Below are positions 14,960 to 28,539 of a stretch of 64,000 bases of DNA, piece after piece. How positions within the stretch are numbered: position 1 is the first letter of the stretch; every line of letters starts with the position of its first letter. The notes below the pieces were generated by a model, which was given only the letters and a program-made list of their open reading frames with translations, had not been told where the DNA came from and searched no databases. This DNA comes from Lama glama (lineage: Eukaryota), in the NCBI GenBank assembly GCA_028534125.1, contig CM052822.1:71734001-71798000 (forward strand), written 5' to 3'. The position numbers and the translations under genes are program-made.

Positions 14960-15330
14960 AGGTACCAGTCAGTGTTCTGATCAGAGGCAGATGGTGCATT
15001 CAGAAGGGTTTACCTAAACAGAATTTAGTGAAGGGACAATTCACATAAGTGTGACCAGGCTTAGGGGAATGAAGAAGGGATGAGGAGACACTCATGAATT
15101 AGAGGCCCAGGGAAGCTGCTACTATCCCCAGGGTTTACAGAACAAAGGGAAGAAACGATGTTATCAAAGAGCAATGAGAGCGAGGGCCGTGGAAGACAGG
15201 CTGAGAGGAGATGATTTTTTGTTGATGTGCCCCGTTGGCCGAATTGGTCAGGTGCCAGAGGGGAGGGGGTGCCTGAGTAATCCAGTCTGGAAGAGCCAGA
15301 GTGTCCCAGGAGGTTAGAAAATAAACCTGG
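14960..15330. mobile_element. MaLR (MLT1-type) LTR, degraded
   Basis: taccagtcagtgttc...cagatggtgcattcag...tttagtgaagggacaattcaca resembles an MLT1 terminus. Confidence 0.5.
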
Positions 15331-17301
15331 AGGAAACAGAGTCCGACAGCAAAGTAGCCTGGTAGAATTTAAGACTGAAGCAAGAAGGGATGGTCTCACC
15401 TGTGAAAGGGTAGGGGAAATGAGAACCTTCATCATCCACAGAGAGATTGAAAATATCCAGTGAAGACGGAGAAGTCATTTGAGATCAAATAAAATGTGCA
15501 AAATAGAAATGTCTTTGTATAAGAGAGATTCACGGAGAAGATGACTTGTGAAGGGATGCTGGAGAAAAGTCAGATAGCCAACGAGAAACTTACAGGTCCA
15601 TCATCAGCAATGTTGCTGGTTTCTGTTTCAAAAGAAAAGATAACAGTGAGCAAATTGCAGAAACTCAGCACAGAGAAAGAGGGAACTGTAGAGTGCAGCC
15701 CATTTGTTTGAAAAATTTCATAAAGGAAAAGAGAAGAAAACTAGGACTAGTGAGAGTGGAAGAATATAATGTAAAATGTGTTTTTCCCCCCATCAAAGGG
15801 GAGCTTCAAATATAGAAAGAAATTAGAAAAAAATTAGCTTCTGTAGACCCAGAAATGTAAGTTACTTTGGCTCTTTCTCTGTATCTCGAGCATTACCAGT
15901 TATCAATCTAGCTATAGAATATAAACATGGTAGGAAGCATGCATATATTAAACTGAGAAAGAACCAACTCATTATTAATGTTCAAATCAAAGAATACATT
16001 TAGTTTCAAAATTATTACTATTTCATGGCGTAAAGCTATCCAAGTGAAGAATTTCACATTTTGAAAAGACACAATTTAAAGATGGAAATTGACTTTGCTA
16101 ATATGGATCATCCACCCTAAATAAAAGTTGATTACTTTGTTGATTTTTATGCTTATGAAAGCATTTGGTTCCACATTTAGAACGAGATGTTCTCTGGGTA
16201 CTTCCAGGCATATTCTCGAATTCATTGCCATTGAAACATCGAATACTTGAGAAGAGCAGTGTGTATGGAGGGTAACCTGAGGCAGTGCAATCCATCCTTT
16301 CCTCTGGATACTCTGGACTATTTTTAGATTAAGCCAGTCAGCAGACAGCTGAGCACCTACATTGGGAGTTTTGGTTGCCATTGTGCAAGACTGTTATTTT
16401 GGCATTTCCCCTGGGGCTACACTGATGCAAATTATAAGACCCCTCCTATGAGATTGGTTGCTGTCTTCTCTTACAGATGCTGTTGGACACTTTGTTCATT
16501 GTGTAGCATGGTTCCTTGCATATCAGGACTCACTTGAGAAAGTTCTTTCTGAGCTCAGTACCAGGAGCCTTATGCTCCATCGAGCAACTGGTTAGATTTT
16601 ATTTTTACAGACAAGATGAATCTCACAACTGAATGTGTCTCCATCTGTGTAGTTTGCCAGGAATCTTAGCAGCAAAGTTTCAGACACAGCCCTACAGAAA
16701 ATATTTTTGTGTGTGATTTATTTTTATCAGAGTAATATATGGGAGAAATCTTTTTAATCAAGTTGTACAGAAAGAATTTAATTTAAAAAGCAAAAGTTCT
16801 CTTCTCAATAGTTCCCCATCCCTGGTCCCATTCTCTCTATATGCTTATATGACAATTTGTTCACTTATCAATTTAGAAATGATCTATTGACTACTTACTC
16901 TTGATATGTCAGATTGTAATCAGCTAACCTACTTTTCCCCATACCTGCGCTGTTTTAGGAATTGTATCAATTTTTTTTCAAATGTTTAAACTTTTTTTTT
17001 TTGGTTAATTTTGTTACTTCTCATAATACACTTAATGAGTGAGTTGTTCTGTCAAGCTTTGGTAATAACTTTTGACTCCTTACTTGAAGGACACAGATAA
17101 TATTCATCATATTCTTCCTTCTACATTCTCTCAAACATTTCCAGCCCCAAACTTCAAAAAGCTATATTGCTGCTGCTGTTATCTGCAATTTACTGGGAAA
17201 CCAACAAGTGATCATATATAATTTTACTATTCAGTATAATAAGTGCTATGATATAGGTAAGCATAGGATTTCAAAAATGCATAAGCATTATGCAACCTCA
17301 C

Positions 17302-17690
17302 TGCGGCAGAGACAATGTTACGTATTTATCAAACTTGCTCCATTTTCCTGCTGCATTTCCCAATCTCTTCCACACTAAGGTTAAGGCCAGTAAGATCCAT
17401 GACCAATGCGATGTGTACAGAAGTCTTACCCTCTACTTCTAAATCTGATTATAACCCCCACCCCTGTACACTTCTCCGTGCTTTTTCTTCTCTTTCTCTG
17501 GTGTCCTTGAGAACCCCAGTGATGAGAACCAAATATGGTGAGCCTGGGTCCCTGAATGACAAAGTGGAGCAGAAGAGAGGAATCCAAGATCCCATAGGAA
17601 TGAACTATGGGGGGACGATGATGCCATCAAAGAGAATGAACCATCTCGTGTGTGTGCTGAGAGCTACTGAGCAAAGGAGGAACCCTAACA
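17302..17690 (+). mobile_element. MLT1J/I-like MaLR solo LTR
   Basis: tgcggcaga start; gaccaatgcgatgtgtacagaagt; gagcctgggtccctgaatgacaaagtggagcaga; tgtgtgctgagagctactgag. Confidence 0.75.
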
Positions 17691-19299
17691 GACACCATCA
17701 TCGTGTGATTCCCATAAAAAATGAAGGGAAAGATAGAAAGAAAAAACTGGACTTGTGAAGACTTTTATTGTTTTTCTAAGTCAAATTACTATTTTACATC
17801 ATCATTTTTAGTAAATGGTTGGTCTAGTAAAATAATTCTAAAATCTGTTCGTTGCTTTGTCAAAGTGAAAAGGATGAGAAATATTCGAATAAAGAGCAGA
17901 AGTATCCAGGGAGAGTGTTGCTGCCCATATGTGGAGAGAATATTTTGACATTTTTCACCCAACATGTTTGCCATTATTTTGCAATCTAAGAAGAATGTGT
18001 TTTAGCAGAGTTCAAATGAATTATTACCCAAGTGAACATGGAGATTTGATGGGCAAGCAAGAGCAGGTTTGTGTGTTTGTGTGTGTGTGTGTAAATTTTC
18101 ACATTGTTTCTAACGTTTCTCCCACGGTTTTGACGTAATTTTTGCATGACTAATTTCCTTTTTTCCACCCATGATCCCTGGAATTCCCAGCCACTTTACA
18201 TAGTGATACTGACACCCACACACCTCTGGGAACACTATTAGCCTGGTGTCTTATAGAATCAGACTAGCAGGCTGTCCTTTTTTTTTTCCCCTGGGTAGAA
18301 TATTATCAAACATATGATTTATTCACTATAAATAGTCGATGACCTAGTTTTGGGTGCATCCAGAAATAACAAGAGCTATGGAATGTAATCAGGTGGGAGT
18401 TTGGGAACGCACATCTTTACTTATTCATTTAATCGGGCAGTAGATTGATACTTACTGAACACCACCCACTATGCCGGGACTGCCAGAAGAGTGGTGACCA
18501 GAAGTTTGATCACCAGCTTCAAAGCTGACTTACATGCTTCTGAAACGGTGATTCGATGGATAATCACAAACATAAAGAAGTTATTACACGCCAGTGGGAG
18601 TGTAACTTGGGCTTGAAGACTCCCATCAAGCTGGCAAAATGAAACATCTACTCCCACATTTTGGTATGAATGGAAAATATGAGGATAATAACATTTAAAA
18701 TCCAGCAAGAAATAAAATTCCACATAAAACAGAGTGATTATTGTGATCACGGGTGTATGACATCAACTTCAAGAATAATCTATGTGTTTCCATGTGTTGT
18801 TGTCTTCCTCACATAATTTGCCACCTATGGGACTTGTTGGTGGCACGAAAATTTCCTTCTAGACTAACTCACACAAGCCCTGGGTGTTCTAGACACACTT
18901 TCAGTCTTAAATAAAACCTTTGTGCTAAGATAGATAGTCTCATTCATGTGCCACTGGAGCCTGTGATGCCTTAGTTCAGTGTTCTTGAAAAGTGAAGATT
19001 TAGTGAAAACTAAATATATTTATTCTCTTCATGCAGTACTTTCTAAGTTACACTTTGGACCCCACAATAATGAATCTGAGGGGAAACGTTAGCTCCTGCA
19101 TCACACAGAGCACATTTCTAAATCCCTATGTGTTTACCTCCAGCCTGATAAGTTACATGCTTCAAGGACTGACAAAATGCTTCTCCGAAGTTGGTTTATT
19201 TTTAAACGGCTAAGAAGTCTGATGGTTTGAGGCTTTGGCATCCTAGATGAGTTGAGGGGAGGGTTCATTAATCTGAAAAATTGTCTTAGATCGGACTTG

Positions 19300-19490
19300 A
19301 GTCCTAACTCTGGTCCACGCCTGTTCTTTTAAGGGCTGTGAGCTAAAGGGACTTTCACATTTTCAGGTGTTGTTTAAAAAATAGAAATAAAAGGAGGAAG
19401 ATGAAGCAGACGGGACTGAGAGGCATGCGGCTTGCGGAACCGGAAATATTTACCATTTGGTACTTTACAGAAAAAGTTTTCCTTTCCATC
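19300..19490. mobile_element. MER58-like hAT-Charlie MITE
   Basis: tgtgagctaaaggg...ttcacatttt and aaatatttaccatttggtactttacagaaaaagttt match the MER58 end. Confidence 0.75.
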
Positions 19491-20630
19491 CCTTGAGCCA
19501 CCAGAACCATTGTGTGGACTAGAAGAAATATTTAGTGTATATGGTGGGACATTTTTCAGTTATTAAAACTGCAGTGATTATTCAAAAATTAGCATTCTGA
19601 AAAACTCACAATTTGTTTAAAAATTCTGATTCTTTACTGTATGTTTTAATAATTTATGGGCCAGTAACCCAGAAGCAGCACTGTAGATTTAGCATTATAT
19701 TATGTTGCTTTTAGTTTTATGAAAAGTAAAGCTTTGCGAGCTGCATAAATGCTATGTGAGTTAAAAAAAAAAAAAACCTATCCTGCTAAGCATATGTACA
19801 AATCATAGCCAGTGAAGGAGGTTTAATAACAGTGACATGTAATTCAGAAGCTTTGTAAATTGGTTTTTCAGTCTTACAATGATGAATTTCACTGGTGCAT
19901 TTGTGTATCCACAAAGCATATGCTAATGTGTGACATTTGTCTAAATGAAGGTTAAATTTTAAAGGATAGTGTTCCACTCGAGAAAGATTCAGATTCACTA
20001 TAATTTTTACATTTTTGATGCAGATTTCCAAATCTGAAAGGTTTTGTGAAAGTCAGCTCTGTCTTACCTTGGTTTTCAATTCCTTTTTTGCACGTGAATG
20101 TGAGTCAAATCATGTGGGGAAAAAATGCTCCTTTTCAAGCCCAATGATGCTGTAGTCATTATTACTTAAAAAGTATTTGCACTATAGCAGACCCGACTTT
20201 GTTTCTTTTTGTAGTAAACATATCATTCAAACTTTTCAATTGCTTGTGTTAAAATTTGCAGAGAAACTTTGCCTAATGATCACAATAGGAGTATCTTCAG
20301 AGAAAATGCATGAGAAAAGGAAATACTAATTTTGTCAAAATCTGTGGAAATGAAAATGAAAAGTAAAGGATGCAGGCAGAATACGTTAACTAACAAATGG
20401 GCCAAAAATCAAGTGTACATCCAAAATGTGGTATAATAAAAGTTGTCTATCATACTTTAAATTTGATATTCGAGTAGGCAGTATCAAATATCAAAAAGAA
20501 AATGTGTTTTGCCTAAAGAGAAAACTTTACTCCCAGCTGAAGATTTGATTCTCAAGCAAGGTCAGAGTGGGAGTGGACATGATCGTTACTTTGCCTTGGT
20601 TTGCCCACACCAGCTCTGCAGCATCCAGAG

Positions 20631-20717
20631 CCTGAGCCTGAATTTCCCTATTTGAAAAAAAAACAGCATCTAATTTCCCTGAGCCTGAGTTTCCCGTTTG
20701 AAAAATAAAACAGCATC
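20631..20717 (+). repeat. Diverged tandem duplication (about 40-bp units, period 47)
   Basis: cctgagcctgaatttccctatttgaaaaaaaaacagcatc (20631-20670) versus cctgagcctgagtttcccgtttgaaaaataaaacagcatc (20678-20717). Confidence 0.85.
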
Positions 20718-21699
20718 CCTACCAAACTTAGAATTTTCTGTGAGGCACACACAATCCAGATGTGTACTGGAACCCTTTAAATAATGAAGTGATCTGTCAA
20801 TATTAGATGCTATTTTTATTAAATCGATGGCCTCGTCTTTTCCTGTGTTCTTGACGTTTCCAAGTACTGCTATATGAAAGACGTTTCACATATATTTACA
20901 CCTTTATATTCAAGACAATGATTGGTCATGCCTACACCATTCTTTTGAAATGTTTTCAACTTCAATTAGGGTAATGTCTTAAATCTTAATATGCTTGGGA
21001 ACGAAAAGGATTATAAAAAGCACCATCTACTGATGCTGTGAATCCTGAAGAAAACACCATCTGCCATAAGTTTGTTCATAAATAATAAATGTTACCCTTT
21101 CTGAAAAGCTATCCTCAACATCACAGATTCTCTGTGTGACCTTTTAATTGGGTGGTGAAGTCCCAGCTGCAATATATTTATCTTAATTATCTTTCCCTTC
21201 AAATATCATTGTATTAGTCAATGACTCAGTTGCTTAAATAAGCAAACAAACAAACAAATGAGGACACAGGTCAAATGACTGTAAGTCCGTAGGTTTTCTT
21301 CAGCAAGCTCTGAATTTAGATGCTGAGATGAACTTACGTTGTCTTTCCCTGACATCCATCTCTTTGTAACACAGAGGGGCTGACGGGCGCTCAGGGGAAG
21401 GAGAACTTTCATTCCTGGTGCTTCTGGGTTTTGTTTTGTTTTGTTTTCGCCACACGTGCCAGGCAGTTGGAATCCAGGCTACAAGAGGGGTCCCGTTGTC
21501 CTCCTTCACCACCCACATCCACACCACCCTTCCCGCCTTCTCCCCAAACAGCCCCGCTCCTCTGGGGCACCTGTCACCAGACTCTTCCATCTACTATTAT
21601 CCTATATTTTATGTTAGGCTGTAGTCTTCTACTGTTCTCCTAGGAACTTAGCTTTATTTCGGGAGAGGGATCTTAGTGGCCTCAATCTTCAAAATTAAA

Positions 21700-21880
21700 T
21701 TATGTGGCTTTTTGCTTAAAACTGTCAGGTGGATTTCCTTCCAGCTCATTTAGCATGAAATTTGCAACGTCGTCATGGCCTACAGGCCCTCCTCACTTGG
21801 TCACTGTGTTCCGTAAACTCACTTCCTCGCTGTCCCTGGAACATGCAAAGTCTGCTCAAGGTGTTTGCATCTTTGGCCTT
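21700..21880 (+). mobile_element. L2 fragment (5' side of Tigger1 insertion)
   Basis: tgcttaaaactgtcaggtggatttcc...catggcctacaggccct...tccctggaacatgcaaag is L2-like. Confidence 0.6.
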
Positions 21881-21914
21881 TGTGGATACAATATGGATAC
21901 TTTAATATACCGAC

Positions 21915-22714
21915 CAGCACACCTGGGAGAAATTCTGAGTTCAGTTCCGGACCACCTCGATAAAGTGAATATCACAGTAAAGTGAGCCCCTTAAAGTTTT
22001 TGGTTTCCCAGTAAACCAGTGTAAAAGTTCTGTTTACATCATACTGTAGTTTATTCAATACCATTATGTCTAAAAAAGTAGACACATCTTAATGTGGAAA
22101 CACTTTATTGCTAAAGCAATACTAGCCATCATCTGAGCCTTTAAGGAGCTGTGATTGCTTTGCTGGTGGACGGTCTTGCCTTGATGTGGGTGGTTGCTAA
22201 CTGACTAAGGTGGTGATTGCTGAAGGCTGGGGTGTCTGATGCAGTTTCTTAAAATAAGATAACAATGAAGTTTGCTGCTTCAACTGACTTCTCCTTTCAT
22301 TTAAACACTTGGAGGTCATTGCCGGGTTGTGAACTGGGCTGATTTCAATGTTGCTGTGTGTCAGGGCGTAGCGAAGCCCAAGGAGAGGAAGCGAGATCAG
22401 GGAGCGGCCAGGCAGTGGAGCAGCGAGAACACACACAGCATTTACAGGTTACGTTTGCTGTCTCATAGGGGTGTCCGTGGTGCCCCGAAACAATGACGTA
22501 CTGACATCAAAGGCCCCCGATCACGAATCACAGTGGGAGCATAACACCGCAGAGCAGGTCTGAAGTATTGCAGGAATGACCAGATGTGACACAGAGACAC
22601 GGAGCGAGCCAATGCTGTTGGAAAAACGGTGCCAATGTGTTGCCTCAGACTTTCAATTTTTAAAAAACAGTATCTGCAAAACACAATAAAGTGAAGTCCA
22701 ATAAAAGTGTGTGT
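21915..22714 (-). mobile_element. Internally deleted Tigger1 DNA transposon (Tigger1a-type non-autonomous element)
   Basis: Both Tigger1 ends present (cagcacacctgggagaaattctgagttcagttccggaccacc... and ...aaaaaacagtatctgcaaaacacaataaagtgaagtccaataaaa), joined near 22300 at cttctcctttca. About 0.8 kb, shorter than a full Tigger1. Confidence 0.85.
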
Positions 22715-22799
22715 ATAATATGCAGCAGCTTATATGCAGCTCAGCACAAGCAGTACACGTATTCATTGTAGGTGATTTATTATTGGTCCCACTTTGTAC

Positions 22800-22970
22800 G
22801 CCGGACCACGCACTTTAGTCATTTCACATCATGAGAACGGAAACTCTGCATCGTTGACACCTGTGTCGGCAACGATTTGGACAGTATCTGGTGCCTAGCG
22901 GGCTCTCAGGAATTCCCTGAGTGAATGTGTAAGTGGATGGATCAATGAATGACTATGTGAATGAATCGTT
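22800..22970 (+). mobile_element. L2 3' end (3' side of Tigger1 insertion)
   Basis: acagtatctggtgcctagcgggctctcagg...tgagtgaatg...aatgaatga tail. Confidence 0.65.
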
Positions 22971-23961
22971 CCAGCAGAAGTGCCGGACCCGAGTCTCACC
23001 GAGTTAGGCGTCCACCCGTGGTGTCAGAGCGCGGCGCCTGCCTCTCGGGAATCAGGTGCATTAGGAGTGACGTCTGGGTGACGTTGTAAAGAAAACCCAG
23101 ATGCTGTTATTCGAACAGCAGAGGTTGCCGAGGAGGGCAGGAATGGATGTCTGCCATTGTATCCTGCTTCCCTCTTTCCGTCACCAGTGCCTGTGTGTCA
23201 ATACCTTGGAATAGGTTGGTTGATATCTTTACTCTTACTCCCTTCTCTCCAAATGTTGTTTTCTTTGGAAATATTATATCTGTCCTTTATTTTCTCATTT
23301 TCCCGTACCACCGCAGGGCATTCTCTCTCAATTCCTTGTTGCTAGTCCTTCTGGTCCCAGTATGATGTCCCACCATCCAGAATCTCCTGAATACGACTCT
23401 GTTAAAATGAACGCACCCTAGCTTCTTTTGCCCCTGGTCACACAGAACTTGTTAAGGCATGCATGATTTTCCAATACAAACCCTTCCTCCCAAACTGACT
23501 TACGTCCTTATTACCTCTTCCTGAGTATACCTTAGTTCATGTTTCCAGAGTCCACAGTCTTCGTTCTACAATGGATTCTACAGATAAGTTAGTCAGATCT
23601 TTTTGCAGGAGAGACATCCGGAGAAAGAATGAAAAACAACTGAGGACTTCAGAAGTTACCCCTAACGACCAAAACTCCAGCACAACTACAACGAGACTCT
23701 GGGTGTCTTTAACCCAAGATGTGAGCTCCTTCTTTGCCAGGCTCACCCTGTCCTCTCCTGTGTCCTGCTTTCCTCTCTGTCTCCTGAACACCATTCCGCC
23801 CTCTTACACAGCTGAGGCCTAGCTCCTTCTGTAGTTTCCCTGATTACAAAGATCTCATAGCGCTCCAATCTTCTTGGAACTACCAGTTACATCATGCACT
23901 TCTGTATATTTTTTTTCATTGCTGCCTTTTGCAATATTTTTTTCATATTTTATTTTAGGCC

Positions 23962-24605
23962 TGTGATAGCATGATTTATAATAAGAAATATGTATCTTAG
24001 TCTTTATCCATGCTTTCTTCCAGACAGCTTCTGAAACTCTTGGAATTTCCTAAGTGTTAACTGTAGTAAAGCAGAAATGGGTGTCTTTTGTTATTCATAA
24101 CAAGTTCTTTTCAACCACACCTGAGTTTATGTCTCTGGGGTGATTTTGGAAAGCTCCTGGATGACCCTAAAATGGGTTTGTTAGTAGGGGAACCTGCCAC
24201 GGGATTAAAGACTTGGGAATTTTAGCCTCAACCTGTTCTCCGGGAAGGAGAGAGGGGCTAGAGATTGAGTCCAGTCACCAGTGGCTGATGATTTAATCAA
24301 CATGCCTGTGTAACGTGGCTGCTATAAAAATCTTTGAAGTTGGGATTCTGAAAGCTGGGTGAACAGGTGGAACGGTGCTGGGAGGGTGGTACACCTGGAG
24401 AGGGCGTGGAAGCCCCTTGCCCCTCCCCACACACCTGGCTCCATGCCTCTCTTCCTTCTGGCTGTTCCTGAGTTGTATCCTCTCCAATAAACCAGTCATC
24501 TAGTAGGTAAACTGTTTTCCTGAGCCCTGTGAGCCACTCTGGGAAGTGGTTAAACCCAAGGAGGGGGCTGTGGATCCTCCAGTTTATGGTCTGTCAGGAT
24601 CATAG
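23962..24605 (+). mobile_element. MER21-like ERVL LTR, truncated by assembly gap
   Basis: tgtgatagcatgatttataataagaaatat start; cttggaatttcctaagtg; tgatttaatcaacatgcc; ctggctgttcctgagttgtatcc..aataaac. Confidence 0.8.
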
Positions 24606-25105
24606 NNNNNNNNNNNNNNNNNNNNNNNNNNNNNNNNNNNNNNNNNNNNNNNNNNNNNNNNNNNNNNNNNNNNNNNNNNNNNNNNNNNNNNNNNNNNNNN
24701 NNNNNNNNNNNNNNNNNNNNNNNNNNNNNNNNNNNNNNNNNNNNNNNNNNNNNNNNNNNNNNNNNNNNNNNNNNNNNNNNNNNNNNNNNNNNNNNNNNNN
24801 NNNNNNNNNNNNNNNNNNNNNNNNNNNNNNNNNNNNNNNNNNNNNNNNNNNNNNNNNNNNNNNNNNNNNNNNNNNNNNNNNNNNNNNNNNNNNNNNNNNN
24901 NNNNNNNNNNNNNNNNNNNNNNNNNNNNNNNNNNNNNNNNNNNNNNNNNNNNNNNNNNNNNNNNNNNNNNNNNNNNNNNNNNNNNNNNNNNNNNNNNNNN
25001 NNNNNNNNNNNNNNNNNNNNNNNNNNNNNNNNNNNNNNNNNNNNNNNNNNNNNNNNNNNNNNNNNNNNNNNNNNNNNNNNNNNNNNNNNNNNNNNNNNNN
25101 NNNNN
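24606..25105. other. Assembly gap (500 N)
   Basis: N run seen directly. Confidence 1.
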
Positions 25106-26331
25106 GACTGGGGAGTGAGGTCAGAGCAACAAACCTTTTACCACCAACTTCTCTCTCTGACGTTTGTGTGCATTTAAACCAGAGCCTCCTGTTTCAGAGC
25201 CACTGTGTACCTTTTATTTATCTCTTTATTTGCTTCTTATTAATTTCATCTTTTAAAAGTTGTGGGAAGTTTTTAAGAGATTAAAACAACTCCTGATTTT
25301 ATACAGAAGCAAATTCAAAACCTCAGGTCAAGAATACAACACACCAGTGATGCGACACGGTGCACATGTTGTATCTTTTTGTGATGAAAAAAGTCGTGCT
25401 GTTTTTAAAATTATTTCAGAGTTTAAAAAATTCTTTAAACAAATACCGAAGGGGATCTAGCTTTCCAAAAACTCAAGTTCTCCAAGATCGAGACAGCTAG
25501 AATGTGCCTGTGAAACTGTAGCTGTTCGTGTGTGAAGCAGCACACGCATACATTTCTCATTCAACTCATATTCTAAAATATGATGGCCTCTCACTTTAAA
25601 TCTTCCTCAGATTTAATTGTATACTGACACCTTTTCTATTATTAGATTGTTATGAGATTCTCTCCAAGTGTGGTATCTGTGCCCCCCCATATTAACTTGC
25701 TTTGTACTTATTATGCAAGAGAGATTTTATACATGTTTGCTGCTGAATGATGGCCCTGCTCAAAGAACATCCATGTGTTCTCTGCTGAAAAAAGAGAGAG
25801 AGAGAAAATATGAACTTTCAAAATGAAAGATTCCTGGAAAATGACTTTTTTGACAGAATCTTCAATATATAAGGGCAATGAAATAAACATGTTTCTGATC
25901 CCCTCAGATAAGTTTATGCTAATAATAGGTAGAAGACCCTGGCCTCTGCACACCACATTCAATTGCTCTTTTTATCAAACTGATGTTGGAAAAAAATTCA
26001 GATTTCTAATAATGGCATGGGAAGGTAATACAGAGAAGATTTTTTTTTTAAAAAGCAAGAAATATGCTTGGAGTCTATGAAAAAGTGTTTACTGTGTAAT
26101 TTAAACGTGAAACAGTAGAGCTTGTAATGTAAATGTTTATTGGCTACAACGGTGAATGCCATTTGTGTGTGTGTGTTTAACACGTGCGTGCAATTCTACA
26201 TATTGAAAGGACCCATGGAAACTTTGGCCAAGTTTTTTTTAAAACAGGACGTATTTTCAAATAAAGTATAGAAGTTTTTTTTTTTCAAATTGTTTATGGT
26301 TTAGAGAATATAAAATCCCTCCGTTGGATAA

Positions 26332-26661
<330 letters not shown>

Positions 26662-28539
26662 TGAATTATGTGATACTAGTTGCCTTTTCTGACACTAGAT
26701 TGCCATCTCTTTCTTTACAAACATCATAGGTTGTTTGTATGTTATAAAGCGTATTTACTTGTTTACAGAAACACACGTATAGGAATACCTTAAGAGTATC
26801 TTAAGTAGAGAATTTGGGAAATGGTGTTTGTGCAATAGCCTAAAACAGCAAAGCTTACTAACTAAATTGTTTGGAGTCTTGTGAAATATTGAAAAGTAGG
26901 AGCCTATACTGTTATCCCTCTTTTTGCCCCTTGGTGATGGATTTTGAAAACATTCTTAAGCACTTCCTTCCACTTCTCTTCAGCTGTACCTTTTACTATT
27001 TGAAAGCCAACCAGTGAGGTTTAATGGCAATTGTTATTTTCTGTTTTATTTTTTTCCTTTTAAAAGCTTACTTGGTAAAGCTTATTTTTCTTTAATCACG
27101 CTTTAGATAACTCTTTTGTATTTCTTAAATACGTGTGTGTGTGTGTGTCTAATGATTATAGTATATGGATTTTTAGGGATTGTAATTCTGTCTACTGTTC
27201 CTGCTCATTTTTGCTGATGGTGCTTGGTTTCTCCTCCTCCTCCTCCTTTCCTTTCTTCCTTCTTCTTAGCCTTCTTGCCTGTATATCCGTGTCCTTATCT
27301 TTATGCTCGTCCATCTTGACTGGAACATGTTTCTTCTAAACTTTATCTGTGGAACATCTTTCAGGCCAAGGTTGATGGTGGCTTCTTCTGGAAAGATTGA
27401 TCTTTGCTTATTTGCTTCTAGGAAGGCAATACTAACACAGAATAACTTTAAAGATGACTTGAGACTCTTTGAAGCCCCTGGGTAGTACACATGCGGTCTG
27501 CAAACATATGATTTGCCAGCACTGGCCTTGGAATATGAATTCTCTGGTGAAACAGCCCACTCTTCCCAGGAAGTTTTTCTTCCTGTTCTCATGGGCTGGA
27601 GGAGGAGGGGTACTGGGTGTGGACCGGCGGTGAATTAGGGTATCGGTTTCATGCAAGGAGTTTCCTGTTAGACTCTCCCCTGCCCCTTCCTACAGGCCCA
27701 TAGAAACAGAAGCTTCACTGTAATCAGCAAACGTGAATGTCCTGTTGGGCCAGCTTTTAAAAATTAGCCAAATGTTTTGCAGTTGATAGTAAAAGACACA
27801 GAGACCTTTCACCTCTGTATGAATTTAGTAGCTATAATGATGGCCAAATCATATTTTATTTATCTGTGGGCAAATCATTGTGCGGAAGCTGAGCTAGTTA
27901 CTACAAAGGGGCCAAGGAGAGCATTTTAAAACATTTATAGGTGTTTATTTTATTTGGTCATCAGTTTATTATAGCAAATAGAATGAGTAGAGAGGCAGAC
28001 AGATTTAGTTCTTCAGGAGTGTGTATATCTTGAGGAGGAAGGTTTCAGGAGAAGCCAGAAATGAACCCTAGCATAAATTTGGGTCCTTTCTCCTCTGTGG
28101 TCTGGGTATTGACAGGCACAGAAGCTTGTGTTTACATGCATTCTAGCTGTCAGCATCATGATGGGAAGGCCAAGACGATACGTGATTTTTTTTCTCTATG
28201 ATATATTTCTAAGGAGCATGTTCGGGTTTCCATAAATGAAAAATAAGTAATACTTTCCATGGAAACCATGATGTGTGTGATTTATTTTATTAATAAGTAT
28301 TTTTTGAGTAATTTTATGGGTCATAAAATATGCTAAGTATTAGTAACATCACAGTGAAAAAGAAAAACATGGTATGGGAAACAAAGTGGAGTGATTAATC
28401 TAGTACGAGTGTTTATTAGGATACTAATAATGAGGGTTAAAGTCTGCCCGAAGGCTCACACCCTTGAGTGATGGAGCTGAAAAGGAAGCCAGACGTGCTG
28501 GTGGTACAACCAGAGCTCCCTACCACTGTTTTGCTTTTT

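Noticed and set aside
17315-17758. 147-aa ORF (likewise 11759-12187, 58091-58543, 62919-63323)
   Set aside because: Overlap LTR or L1 remnants, with no recognisable domain or splice structure.
20461-20494. Short inverted repeats (atttgata...tatcaaat; also 44386-44408)
   Set aside because: Stems of 8-9 bp are expected by chance in AT-rich DNA and are too short for a pre-miRNA.
24529-25284. Long ORFs spanning N runs (also 41619-42230, 41662-42219, 62482-62808)
   Set aside because: Artefacts of translating through assembly gaps.
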